Assembly: GCA_051294905.1 (NCBI GenBank)
Contig: CM119371.1
Span: 4,280,001-4,344,000, forward strand
Source of the DNA: Botryllus schlosseri
Taxonomy: Eukaryota
DNA: 64,000 nt
Reading direction: 5' to 3'
Shown: positions 48,731 through 61,516 of the stretch, one piece after another
How the letters are laid out: every line of letters starts with the position of its first letter
How positions within the stretch are numbered: the first letter of the stretch is position 1
Position numbers and translations under genes: made by a program
The notes under the pieces: model-generated
Seen by the model: the letters and a program-made list of their open reading frames with translations, nothing else
The model's database searches: none
What the model was told of the DNA's origin: nothing

Positions 48731-49574
48731 GTATTGTTATTTCTGAGACTTGAAATCGACGTTTTTGCATGTTTTCTCATGCGTGCTCAGAGGTTGTTAA
48801 AGTAGTCATTGTTGGTACTCAAGTGGAAGTGGAAGCAACATTGTCAATTTCTACTCTAGTTCAAGTACAAATAGCGATCTCCAAGTAAGAAAAATAACGA
48901 ATATTCTGGCCTTGGTTTTGCCTGAAAACTGAAACTATTGAGTAGAAGTACCGTAGTCTATGCTCTGTCTTAGCTACTGAACACCTCTGGTCCGATCAAT
49001 GGCAACTTTTTCAGGTGACTTAACATGGTTTGAGTGTCCTTTAAAATCGTGTGACTTGAATTGAGTTTTAAAAATTAAGTGATTTGGCATCACTTGACTC
49101 GAGTTGCCCTTAAAACCTAATGACTCCACTTCACTAGGGTCAAAATGTGTAATAACCCAATGTTTCCTCTGAGGTAGTGTCGTGACTTGGCTCTACCTTG
49201 GAAAATCGAGTGACTCAACTTGACATTGATTTGAATCGCCTCCAAAAATGGAGTAACTGAGCTTGAATCCACTCAAAATATGTAATGAGTTGATGTTACT
49301 TGTGACTTGAAGTTAGTGACTAGACTTGACTCAAGTCACTCTTGGAAGCAAACTGTCTTGACTCGAGTAGCCTACAAATTTTGAATAATGTGACTCGAGT
49401 CAATTAAAATGGAGTGATTTGTCTTGAAGCGAGTACCTTTTAAAAATCAAGTAAAGTGACTGGATTTTAAAAAATGTAGTGACTTGATTAGACTCAAATC
49501 AACAGGGATAATGACTTAATGACTTGTGACTCTGTGGCAGGGACAACACTGACCTACTGTGATTTCATCCACAG

Positions 49575-49721
49575 CATGTTGTCTTTCGACCCATCTCATC
49601 AACCTTCCGCAAATCACGCTGTGTCTACTGTCCAGCCACTACATTCGTCAACAACTACCGACCACCTGCTTGCTTATCACAAAGACATCGCAAATCTCAA
49701 CTCAAGACCACTTTTTCAACG
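49575..49721 (+). pseudogene. PLK1: PLK1-like e6 (variant B)
   Basis: cacag|c MLSFDPSHQPSANHAVST/SSHYIRQQLPTTCLLITK..|gt; homolog of 1-103. Confidence 0.8.
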
Positions 49722-50049
49722 GTGACTTTTTTATAGTTCTACATCAAGGTCATGGTTAGAACCCGACTGATATCATATGTTTTAGCCGATACCGATACAA
49801 CCAATAACTAGCACAATTAGATTAGAATTTGAATGATTGCTGTATATTTTTTGCCAGATTAGATTGGAATTGTGATTACTAAATTCACAAAAACTTAAGG
49901 CGTCAAATCATATTATTATGTTCATATCAAATTGGATTTTGTTCTCACAAGTATGAGAATGACAAATATCCGTACAGCAAGCTTGGCCCGTTTCACACGA
50001 TACAGTTCTCCTTTTGCATTTTTCTGGGATGTCAGACATAGAAGTAAAT

Positions 50050-51105
50050 TAATATGAGATCATAGAAACATTAGATTGTGATCTAATAACGCTCGGAACA
50101 TGTTGTTTGATGCGTTCCTGCAAGCGCTGAGTTGTTCTTCCCACGTACCGACAATCACAGTGGCACTTGAAATCATAGACTATATTGCTTTGTTGAGAAG
50201 CAGGAAGCAATTGTTTGGTTGCGCGTTGCAGGAAGCAATTGTTTGGGGGTAAACACAACATTAGTTCTTACGTTATCGTAACAGCGATTTACAGCAGAAA
50301 TCAATTGCTTTTCAAACCTCGAAGAGATGGGGCCCAGCCACCTCAGACCGTGTGTTCGTGTTTTGTGATTTGTTGGGATTGAAATTACTGAGTTTTCTGT
50401 CCACAGAACTCTTGATGATGTGTTCGGGGTACCCGTTATCGATTAGAATATTGCGGATATATTCTAGCAACGCATTCAACTTTACATCCGAACAACTCAT
50501 CAAGGCTCTGTGCACTAACGTGTCAATCAAATTTAGTTAACGGCGATTCGGGCTAAAAGAATTCCAGCGTATAGAATGCCCTGTGAACGTTGGCTTCCGG
50601 TAAACCGAAGTGACAAAGCTAATTCTCCGTTTTTCACTTGGACTTCTAAGAATAGTAACGAGTTTGCACGCTCTTTTTCAAATGTGAATTTTAAAGACGA
50701 GTGTAGACAATTCAAGTTATCAAAGAAGTCATCGAACTCCGTCTCATTTTGACAGATAACGAAGGTGTCGTCGACATAGCGACGGTACATTAATGGAGGC
50801 TTGGTTTCATCTGCGGCAAAAAGTCTGTTTTCATGGAATCCCACAAATATATTGGCTAAAATCGGGACAAGAGGGCTACCCATAGCTACACCGTCGGTTT
50901 GCATGTAGATGGTATCGTTAAAACTAAACTCAACAGAGCAAGTAGCCGCCATATAGCGCGTCCGCACAAATATCAATGGTCTCCTTCAGCGGTACGTTCG
51001 TGAAGAGGCTAACGATATCATAAGAACTAAGAAACATATTCGAGTTTGGAAGGTCGGTGGTTTTCATCTCGTGCCCGATTGTGAACGAATCAGCGTCACA
51101 ATGCG
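50050..51105 (-). mobile_element. Degraded Penelope-like element (RT + GIY-YIG; Naiad/Poseidon-like)
   Basis: SYDIVSLFTNVPL, QTDGVAMGSPL, RRYVDDTF, LVHRALM, IVYDFKCHCDCRYVGRT in broken frames. Confidence 0.85.
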
Positions 51106-51191
51106 AATCATCATTATCGTGGTTTATATATTAATAAATATGTGATTATTGCACATAGATATTCTATCACATGTTTGTAAATCTGTTTCAG

Positions 51192-51310
51192 GCCGTGGCA
51201 TCAAAGACATGTGATCAGTGCGATCGTGTGAATTTACTCAGAACGTGCTTTCGGACGAGAAGCGACATCGCTCTATATCGAAACAACCATCAATATCAAC
51301 TGCACCTTTT
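51192..51310 (+). pseudogene. PLK1: PLK1-like polo-box 2 exon
   Basis: tttcag|AVASKTCDQCDRVNLLRTCFRTRSDIALYRNNHQYQLHL|gtaagt, cf. [34 protein letters not shown]. Confidence 0.8.
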
Positions 51311-51331
51311 GTAAGTTGGTAAATTCATTTT

Positions 51332-52698
51332 CGGCTGACCCTCGTCAGGGGGATATCGTCAGCAATGTGGCGAGAATTCGAATAACTATGTTCAAGAATA
51401 TTATATATCGCTAATTATGACGTCACACGAAAATATACAAAGTTAGAAAACGAGAGACCGCCCTTATCACCATCGCTATGTCGATGACACGTTCGTGATA
51501 TTCGATAATGAATCTGACTGTGATAGTTTACTGGAAAATTTAAACAAACTACACCCAGCATTTCAATTCACGTCGGAAAAATAAATTACCAACCGCCTGG
51601 CATTCCTTGACGTTCTTGTGGAGAAACGGGATGGCAAATTCCTTACCTCAGTTTATAAGAAGCCCACATTTTCGGGTCATTACCTTCGATGGAGCTCTTT
51701 CAGCCCAAAAAGTCGTAAAATCAATTTAATCGGCACCTTGGTTCACCGGACGTTGATGATTTGTTCCGCGGTCAAATTGAATAATGAACTTGACTACATC
51801 CGTAAAATTTTCATTGACAACGGATACCCAGAGTATGTTATTAAGCGGACAATAAGTAAAAAGTTAAGGCATTGGAATGATACGAAACCAGAAGAAACCC
51901 CCGAATTAATTTCTCGTGAAAGTAGGGATCTGTACATTCATCTTCCTTGGATTGTCCCAGTTTCTTATCGATTTGAGAAACAGATAACTTCAGCAGTCTA
52001 CCACTGTTATCCAGCGGTGAAAACTAATGTTGTCTTTACCACGATACCAATGTTTCCTGCAACCAGTAAGGACGTTCTCCCGGCTACAAAACAAAGAAAC
52101 GTAATTTATGAATTCAAGTGCCACTGCGATTGTCGGTACGTAGGGAGAACTTCCAAACGGTTGCAGGACCGTATCAAAGAACACATTCCACCCTCTGTCA
52201 AATCTTATATCTCAAATTCGCAGCATAACAATCCGTTTGTTCTTGAACATAACCAGGCCATGGGTCAAAAATCTTCAATAGGCAAACATTTACTAGAAGA
52301 TCATACGTGTGCTGCTAACTATCACGAGGAAATGTTCTCTATATTGGCTAAGGGTCGCAATTTATTTCATTTGTCTGTTCTTGAGTCCACCATCATCACT
52401 ATGAGTAAACCTAGTCTATGCCAACATAAAGAATTTGTGTATCATTTGAAAATCGCGCATTAACTTGTTTTGCTTCGCTATCTCCATGCCAACGCTTCAG
52501 CTCTCTCGTTTTCTAACTTTGTATATTTTTGTGTGACGTCATAATTAGCGATTTATAATATTGTTGAACATAGTTATTCGAATTCTCGCCATATTGCTGA
52601 CGATATCCCCCTGACGAGGGTCAGCCGAAAAGCTTCGGGAATAAAATGAATATTTTATTCAAATGTGTCATGAAGTTCTGTACTCCTAAGCGTCTCTT
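51332..52698 (+). mobile_element. 5'-truncated Penelope-like element (probably Naiad-like) with short inverted pseudo-LTR
   Basis: RYVDDTF...KPTFSGHYL...VIYEFKCHCDCRYVGRT (ORF 51618-52463); 51328-51457 is the reverse complement of 52502-52631; 12-bp TSD TAAATTCATTTT at 51320 and 52699. Confidence 0.9.
52604..52642 (+). ncRNA. Minimal hammerhead ribozyme motif in the PLE 3' LTR
   Basis: TCCCC-CTGACGA-GG(GTCAG)CC-GAAA-AGCT-TC-GGGA then ATAAAA; palindromic AAGCTT; weak stem II. Confidence 0.65.
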
Positions 52699-52798
52699 TA
52701 AATTCATTTTGCAGAAGAAAATTTTGCAAGAATTTATAAATGTATCCAATTGCAAATCACTGTATATCAGTAATGTCAAACTCAATTTATGTTGCGAG

Positions 52799-53300
52799 TA
52801 GGGCTGGGCAAAATCAAGTACCAGAGTGATTCGAATCTGAATTCTTAATATGCTTCGAGTCTATTGGAGTATCACGCATTGTGACGTCACAGCAGAATGT
52901 ACTATATCAAAGTTCAAATATGTTCCTTTTATGCCACTACAAAGAAGATTATGCGTGTTATCTGTCACATTAAAGATACTTTGGTAATTTTTCGACCTTA
53001 CCGATTTCATTGCACTTCTTGACAATGTTGTGGGAAGATCATGACTTCGAAAATGTATTATTTCCATTTTCGCAGCTTTGTACTATTTCTCGTACGGCGC
53101 GACATGGCCAATCAAGGTTTCAAGGCTTACTCAGTGAAAAATAGTACCAAGACTATAATTCTTGTTAGTAAATTAACTTTTAGTTGCGAGGAATGTATAA
53201 TTTGCGTACTTGAAAAAATTGTCTTTTACTACTCGACTCGAATCATTAAAATTAATACTCGATTCAGAATCGAGTACTCGCAGCATTGTGCCCAGCCCTA
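52799..53300. mobile_element. TAGGGCTGGG-ended hAT MITE
   Basis: Colinear with 43511-44020; TSD GTTGCGAG/GTCGCGAG. Confidence 0.9.
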
Positions 53301-54064
53301 GTCGCGAGACATATTGAAATAGTTTGAGTTGAGTAGTCATGTTGCTACTCAACTACAAGTATAAATAACGAATTCCAGGTCAGCAAAGTACAAGTATTTT
53401 TGGTCTAGTTTGTTTAAATACTGAAAACGGTGACATAGTAGTACTAGTATTTTAAAATCATAACCCCTTCGTGAAATAATGCAAGTAGGCAAACCCTACT
53501 CAAGTATTCCGTGGAAGTACTTTTTACCTTGTACCTCAATCAAGCAATAACAAAATATTACATCCTATACCTTTATACTACTTCTACTCAACCACGAATG
53601 GGAGTAATGATTCCCATGAATTGTGAAGTAAAAATAGAAAAGGAAGGTTTGAATGGTAATCAAGGCGAGTAGTTTTGAAAAGCAGATTTGGTCATGACGT
53701 CGCATACTTTTAGTAACTGATCGGAGTTGTTTACATTCGAAATTGCGAGATCCATCTTATCGACTAACACAAATGACTGATGACATTACCGCCATTACCG
53801 GTCGATGCAATTTACGGAAATATGTTCAATTACCATGCTACATGGGACACTTTGTCTTAATTGTCGTGACAATATCAATCATAATAGTGATCGGAAAATA
53901 TCCCAGAATTACTATATATTTTACGAAATCCAACGTATCAAAAATTACGTAGCCTAGTGGTTGAAACACTTTTGGGTAAAAGTGGGAGGAGTACTTCTGC
54001 CTGTAACCGAGTATACTTGTTCGTGAGTAAGTTGAGTAATTTCATATATTTTTCTATCATGCAG

Positions 54065-54285
54065 GACTACACCAAAGTGATTCTATGTCCTCTGATGGCG
54101 CCGTGACTTACATCGACCAGCAATGTAACTTCACTAACTACAAATTGGAACTGTTACAAGAAGACGAATACAATCACAGTTCAGGAGCTTGCCTGTGATA
54201 CGCAGATTGTATTTTGGAAGGACATATGTTTGAAGACTCTACTGAAGCAGATCATTCGCGATACGCTCGATGCAACTTTGTGTGA
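54065..54285 (+). pseudogene. PLK1: PLK1-like terminal exon (end of polo-box 2)
   Basis: gcag|DYTKVILCPLMA/VTYIDQQCNFTNYKLELLQED..CL*YA, cf. [36 protein letters not shown]..RLRYA. Confidence 0.9.
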
Positions 54286-55098
54286 TTGTGTAATTGGATT
54301 TTGCAATACGTTCATACATTTACGAATGAAATCACCAAGCTTTGCAACTGATTTTTTTATCATCAGGGCTGTAACAAAGCTACAAGGTTACAGGTCAAAA
54401 GTCCGTCTCACTTTTATAGTTTTAACTCGAAAATTAAGTCCACTCATTGTCCACCCACCACCGAGTCAAATCCGATTCCAAATCATACTGTGTGTCACTA
54501 TGGTATGTTTGGTGACTAGTCTCCCTAAATGGAACTACTCACAACCCAATAGTTCGTTGACCGTGAACCAACATGATTTGTAGTTAGCGCAAGCTCTGCT
54601 GCGGTCGCAACCAATATTGAAAGCATTTGCGACACAAACTTCAAGAACCAACGCTTACAAGTTGTCAGTCAGCATAGATCAGATGTAACAGCCCCGCGTT
54701 TGCTGGTGACCTGACTGCCTCTTTCACATGTAGGCTATTAATCGGATATGTCAACACAATATGTTGTAGGCTATGTATGTTAAGAATGTGCACCAGAGAT
54801 ACATAGTAGCAGATGTACTTATGGAGCATGATAGCGTGAGACATGTTAAATACGTTCAACGTTCATGATAATCATTGGACACATCAAGCAGTTAATCGAG
54901 GTATCGTTGTACCAATGCGCCTCGACAGAGTTGACCAGGGCCCGTCATAACGGTAAAGAACATGAAATTCGTAGTCAGTACCCCTTTCTGCCAACTGGTT
55001 ACGTATAAGACTGGGCACAATGATTTGAGTAACTGAATATGAATATAGCCAAGCACTGAGAGACAGCATTCTATGAAATTTGATGCCAGCATTGATAT

Positions 55099-55603
55099 TA
55101 TAGCTGTTCCAACAAAAAACGTTTCCTTCAGATTTCACTGGCTACTTGATTAAATTGTTAGGGTGATTAAAATAACGCCGCTGCACACCAATTTTGACTC
55201 AATTTCAATCACTAGAAGCGAAGTTATTGCAGTGGAGAATTTTTTAATTCCATGTTTTTATACCAAATAATTAAAGAACTAGTCACAGTAAATACTAGTT
55301 TATTCAAATCCAAATTTTTCTACTGCAATAACTTCACTTCTAGTGGTTTAAATTGAGCTAAATGTGGTGTGTATCATCTCTACTGACAGCCTAAAAATTT
55401 TATGGGGTTGATAGAAAAACTTTAAAACTTTTCTTTTTGTTATTTTTCAATGATAAATTCAAAACTTTCCACTGCAAGAATTTCGCTTCTACTGGTTGGA
55501 ATTGAGCCAAAGTTGGTGTGCAGCGTTTATTTTAACTAACCTAACAATTTTATCAAGTAGCCAGTGAACTCTGACGGAAAACTTGTTTTTTGAACAGCCA
55601 TAT
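55099..55603. mobile_element. MITE with about 145-bp inverted arms abutting the 3' end of the second ZF array
   Basis: About 55099-55245 resembles the reverse complement of about 55460-55603. Confidence 0.75.
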
Positions 55604-56818
55604 TGGATATTCATATGACGCTTGAGGTTAGCCGTCCCAGTAAATGCTTTCCCACATATATCACATTACTGCTTTTTGTTACCAGCATGCATATCCATGT
55701 GACGCTTGAGGTGGCCCTTCTGAGTAAATGTTTTCCCACATATATCACATTTATGCCTTTTAATTCCAACATGCATATCCATGTGACACATGAGGTATGC
55801 CTTCTTACTGAATGCTTTCCCACATATATCACATTCGTGATTTTTCACGCCCGCATGCATATCCATATGATTGTTGAGGGTACCCTTGCGCACAAATGAA
55901 TTCCCACATATATCACATTTATGATTTTTGTTACAGGCATGTATTTTCGTATGATGCTTGAGGCTGCCCTTCTGAGCGAATGCTCTCCCACATATATCAC
56001 ATTTGTGATTTTTCACGCCAGCATGGATATCCATATGTTCGTTGAGGCTACTTTTGCGCACAAATGAATTCCCACATATATTACACTTATGATCTTTTAT
56101 ACCGGCATGCACTTTCATATGGTGCGTGAGGCCTCCCTTCTGAGTAAATGTTTTCCCACAAACATCACATTTATGATTTTTGGTACCAACATGCATATCC
56201 ATATGAAGCAAGAGCTGGCCATTCTGAGTGAATGCTTTTCCACATATATCACATTTGTGATTTTTCACGCCAGCATGGATATCCATATGTTTGTTGAGGC
56301 TACTCTTGTGCACAAATGAATTCCCACATATATCGCATTTATGATTTTTGTTACTGACATGCACTTTTATATGGTGCATGAGGTCTCCTTTCCGAGTGAA
56401 TGCTTTCCCACAAACATCACATTTGTGATTTTTGCTACCGGCATGCATATCCATATGAAGCGAGAGGTGGCCCTTCCGAATGAATGCTTTCCCACATATA
56501 TCACATTTATGATTTTTGACGCCAGCATGCATATCCATATGACGTCCGAGGTTTCCCTTGGCAGAGAATGCTTTTCCACATATATAACATTGGTGCTTTT
56601 TGGCGCCAATATGTATATCCATATGTTGTACTGACTCTTCAAGTGAATGATTTACCACATATATCACAGTTACGATTTCTGATGCCAGCATGCGCAGAAG
56701 TATTGAGCTTGCGGTTAAGTTTTTGAGTGGTTTCTTGGCAATATCTTACAGACGACCTTTCATCTTTATGTAGACGTGATCACTACAGGTTTACAGAATC
56801 TTCAATTTATTCCACCAC
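55604..56818 (-). pseudogene. C2H2 zinc-finger array: 11 intact fingers in ORF 55666-56691, flanked by broken fingers
   Basis: 28-aa period with HAGVKNHKC linker; a TAA interrupts the last finger; the 5' finger is frameshifted; stops follow the candidate acceptor at 56819. Confidence 0.8.
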
Positions 56819-57340
56819 CTGCTATGTATTATAGTGTATAATTAATCTAAACAATTTGCATCATTAGAACGTAAACAGTGCATTTGCAATACTGGTATAT
56901 CAGAATTGAGTGGTTAGTAATTCATTCGCATAGACTGTCAAAAGCAGCAAATTGAGCTATGCGGAAGGTGCAGAGAGGTTGATTCGTATTGATGCATCCC
57001 AGCGGAGGTGTCAATATTCGACAGAATAAGCATTCTTTCGCATCATGGGATGCAAATTATAGTATTGATATGAAAATGTGATACTAACCTTTTGTTTACT
57101 GGAAATGCCCGTTTTGGAGAATATAATGGCATGGCGCCCTAATACCCCATATTATAAGGCCTCAAGTTTGGGCGAAGAGCAATACGGAGAAGTGGTATCA
57201 GATACGGTTTCAACACTTTGCGTGATTACTGATTAGTATACGTTAATAGCAAATATTGTGGATCGTGGATGCCAGAACGTGTACCAGAACGATCAGCAGC
57301 AAGAAAAGCTAGCCCAAAAAGGACTGCCATATTTATGATT

Positions 57341-58611
57341 CAGAGTTGTACTGACTCGAGTCATGACTCGACTCGAGTCACAATTTTCAGATGACTTGAC
57401 TTGACTCGAGACATTTTTTCAAAATACAGAAATGACTCGACTTGAGTCAATCTGTGTATTGACTCGACTTGGACTCATTGCGCATGACTCGAACCACGGT
57501 CAAGACTGACATTTCACTGACACGATTTTTTGATGACTCGACTTGAACCCGAGTCATTGCGCATGACTCGAACCAATTCATCTGACTCGAGACACAGGCA
57601 GCCAAAACCAACATATCATTGTAATTTCGAAGAATAGTAATAGTAAAGTACCGTAACCACCCTATTGGGATTCCGTCTATTGGTACTGGCACTGGAAAAT
57701 GAGACCAGAAACTGCTAAAAGTGATGAAAATTGGTATATTATTAATGCAAACCATTCGATATCATCAAACAGAGTTATAACAAGTGTGTTTAACAACACT
57801 CTGACTCAGTGGTTCCCAACCGTTTTCGACTCATCGCCCCCTTTTCAAGCTCCGCACCGATCATCGCCACCCAAATATTGGGAACCGAAAAAGAGCACTT
57901 CGTCAGGCCCCCAAAAACGTTGGTCTTTGGCCCCATAGGGTGATAAACCAGACACCCTCAGAGAGAGAGAGAGAGAGAGAATTTTTTTATTCATCATCGC
58001 AAAATAACAGTCATCAGCCAGTGGCTTTTTGTCGCTACATATCGGCTGTAGCCTATTTCATGTACTGTTTGGTGGTAATCATCGTATTTCGCCTAAACGA
58101 GCGAAGCGCAGCAAATTAATATAATTCATGTTTGAATCGGTCAATATGATCGGCAATTGCATAGATATTGCTATCAATTTTATATCCTCTTTCTGCTCAC
58201 GTAATCAGATTTTCCGGTAGAGCTGAGTGTGGTGTGTGTTGGAAAAGGTTGAAAAAGTTACTCCATAATTTATGGTAATTCAAGAAATAATTTTGGGCCC
58301 CCTTTGAGTTCGGGACCCCCACCCCAATTGGGAGGTTTGGGGTGCGGCAGTTAAGGTCCCGACTCCAAAATAGCCTTTTTAACGCGCCATCGCCCCCATT
58401 TCGCCCCTTCGTTGCTTTCGCCCCCTATCGTTCCCCTCGACCGTTTTCGCCTTCCTAGATCGCCAAATTGCCCCCTGGGGGGCGATATCGCCCACGTTGG
58501 GAGCCACTGCTCTAACTGGAAACTGAGCAGTCAAACAGAATGACTTGGACTCGAGTCAAAACTATAAAAGTGCGATTGACTCGTGACTCTTGTGACCGGG
58601 TTACAACCCTG
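57341..58611. mobile_element. MITE (family of 39135-39680) with nested hAT element
   Basis: CAGAGTTGTA...TACAACCCTG ends; GACTCGAGTC motifs. Confidence 0.7.
57807..58509. mobile_element. Nested non-autonomous hAT element containing (GA)n at about 57960-57979
   Basis: CAGTGGTTCCCAAC / GTTGGGAGCCACTG; TSD CTCTGACT/CTCTAACT. Confidence 0.8.
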
Positions 58612-60815
58612 ACATATGCCTACTCTGTTTGCAGTATCCGCATCAATTTACATAAATAAGTGGAGTGACTCATATCATGTTAGTAATTTGCAGGTAGCAA
58701 TGCCCCAAGTTGACTAGTTCAACATGATCTAGTCTAGCCCATACAGAATTATGCATAATGCAACTAGGCATCCCATCAATAAAATCATAAAATACAAACT
58801 AATACCGCTCGACTTGATATTGAATAGAAGTTTGAAAATATTTAGACAACTTCCTAAAATGTTTCTTTGCTCTAATTCTAATCTAATTTATGACATGTGT
58901 CTATGCTCTTATTTTTAATATAATCTAATATCTGGTTTTCCTTGAATTCTTACAAAAACGGCATAGTGTGAAATAATTCAAACTTGGTGTACAGACACTT
59001 GCCATTCTCATGCTGATCAGAATCAACTCTGATTAGTTTATTGTGAATTCAGTATTTCTAGTTCTAATCTAATTTGGAATTAAAACTGGGTAGGCCTAGA
59101 TATAGTTCTAGTTATGGTCTAATTTGGGAAAAATGTACAGCAATAATTCTAACTCCAAGCTAATATAGAAAATCCGAAAGTTTTCTAGTTGTCCAAGTCT
59201 GCCCTAAAATTTTGACATATTCAGGGGTAACACTCATTGGTGATAGTCATGTTGTTAACTATTGGAAAGAACTCGAAGGTATTGAATTGATCCTATCACT
59301 GGCTACAAAGGATAGCAGGACTAAACTTCAAAATTTTAGTACATCGTACACAGAGTCACTGAGAAAACACCAAAACAAATTCAATAAATCAACCAGCACA
59401 AGATAGTATGGGTACAAGAATACGAACTGTCTGTCACAACACCAAATCAGTTTGTATCGTATCATATATGATATTTTGAAGATTTCACTGGATATTCATT
59501 CTATGACAATGTTGGAATATAAGTTACATAGAAAATAGGCATGTTTCATCAGAAGTATATCAGTGCAAGATCTGCATAAACAATACAGGGAGAGTGCGAG
59601 ATTCTGAAATCGTGATCACTTTTATTATAAAGAAGAAACCAGACTTCTACAAAGTAACAGCCTAGCGAGTCGTCGGTCAATTGATTACTGCTTCTCATTC
59701 TAATAGAATGCGCAACTAGAGGCTAGAGCTAAAACAACTCAAAAAGACAGTATATAGTTTGAACTTAACTAACAAGATTGGGAGCTTGTACAAGTGTACT
59801 GTCTCTTTAGGCATGCCTGGAATGGAACACAATTTTAGGCTGTGGCAAACTCGACAAAATAGAAATCAGTATCAGGCAAGAGACGTTAACATGTAGAATG
59901 CATAAATGAGATTCTGGAATCCTGACAGCTTGAACCATACAAGGCATTATTATCCCATTCATAATATACCACATCCTCAGCTATCTGCATGAGCCTGATT
60001 AATACCGGCAGACAATACCCAAAATAAATAGTAACAATGTCTGTACTACTGTTGTTACTACACGCGCGCTTTTGTATTGCTTTCGAAAGCGCTGCGTATC
60101 GATTTTACGATCCGGCACAGGTTACAGACACACACCTCTGTCACACCCATTGACTGCGTAAACCAGCACCGAGACTGAAAGAACACGGGCGGCAACGGTC
60201 GCGACATGATTTTTCATGGCACATGTCACGACGCCCTATTATGACCATATTTTGGAAATGTGACAAGATGACACTTTTACAGCTTGCGATACTGGAGTAA
60301 AACCCGGTAAATTTTTCCCGCCGTCGTGGTTGGTTGACTAAAAATAGTCATTTTTTCGACTCGACTCCTGAAATATACACTTCAAGGGCGTAGCCAGAAA
60401 AAATATTTGGGGGGGGGGGCGAAAAATTCGATGACGTAAATGAACCCCCCCCCCCCCCCCTTAAAGATAAGGAAAAAAATAGGTACAATCGATGGACTTG
60501 GGCGCTTATTGGATGATGAACACAACATCTGGGGCGATCGTTGTATATATTCCACTCACAGACGGATGTGATCAAATGATGATTGTGAAAAACCAGGACG
60601 ACAACACTTTCGCGAAAAGCGCGAAAATTTTTTATGGTTAATGAATGAAATTGGTTCATTATATTGGTCTTTGCATATTGTGAATACGTTTTCATTATCA
60701 GATTTGCCGGCAGGGCCGATAGAAGTGGTGTCATCAAACATTCAGGGGGTAATTAATTATACGTCTTGAGCTATATGTTCATACCACACGGCAATACTAT
60801 TTAGAGTTTCTAGAG

Positions 60816-61259
60816 CAGGGTGGCCAAAGGGCCACATGAGACTTACGAACCATTGCGCGGGCCACTTGAATGTTGATGACCTTTTTTAGTCTTCCGATAG
60901 GAGAGTACCGGATAATAGGTAACGTTGAAAACAATACTAATATTATTACTCATCAAAATCAATGACAATTATGACATGAAGACTTGGTGTGGATCCCCAA
61001 CCTCGCCGAGCGAAATATTGTACATTATATTGTCATATACGACGATCTGCGAAAAATGTGGCTGACCCCTGGCTACGCTAATGCGTCGGAACTAAGAACT
61101 GATATTTTAGTCGGCAAAATCCCAAATTTCGCGGTCAGGCTAATCAAATTTTAGTTATTCGGTTTTGGTAATTTATTTTTTTGATAATACTAGTAATTTC
61201 GAGAATTAACCCGCGGGCATCTCTAAACCTTCTCGCGGGCCACGGGTTGGCCGCCCCTG
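60816..61259. mobile_element. Non-autonomous hAT element related to 1346-2052
   Basis: CAGGGTGGCCAA / TTGGCCGCCCCTG; perfect TSD TTCTAGAG. Confidence 0.85.
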
Positions 61260-61516
61260 TTCTAGAGGGTGGACGCCGGACGGGACAGTTGTCATTTATT
61301 ACTGTTACTTCATGACTTGCGTAGAAAGCTGTCACCACTCAAGAGATCGAGCACACGCAAGGTCGTAGCCAGAAAATCTATTTATTTTTATTTTGTTGGG
61401 GGGGGGGATTTGACTTTAGGGGAGCTCTCCCGTGGGAACATCTCGCAGAACCGTACATCCTGCCATATGCAATTTCATCACTACCCTTTATACATACGAT
61501 TCTTAGACGCACACAT

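Larger units (their letters stand above)
33492..54285 (+). pseudogene. PLK1: PLK1-like pseudogene cluster B, from ATG to terminal polo-box exon, with internal kinase-exon amplification
   Basis: Order e1, e2', e2, e3, e4, e2, e3, e6/e2 fusion, e3, e4, e5, e6, PB2 exon, last exon; multiple stops, frameshifts and TE insertions. Confidence 0.9.

Noticed and set aside
51458..52463. Selenoprotein-type recoding in the Naiad-like PLE
   Set aside because: Cys positions use normal codons, the only in-frame stop noted is TAA, and no SECIS was recognised
1..54285. Dscam-like mutually exclusive exon array or an intact PLK gene
   Set aside because: Both exon 1 copies have stops, same-type exons are not clustered, and most copies are frameshifted; kept only as an ancestral-state hypothesis
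59530..59620. YQCKIC-containing fragment as a zinc finger
   Set aside because: A single short motif in a broken frame; could be chance
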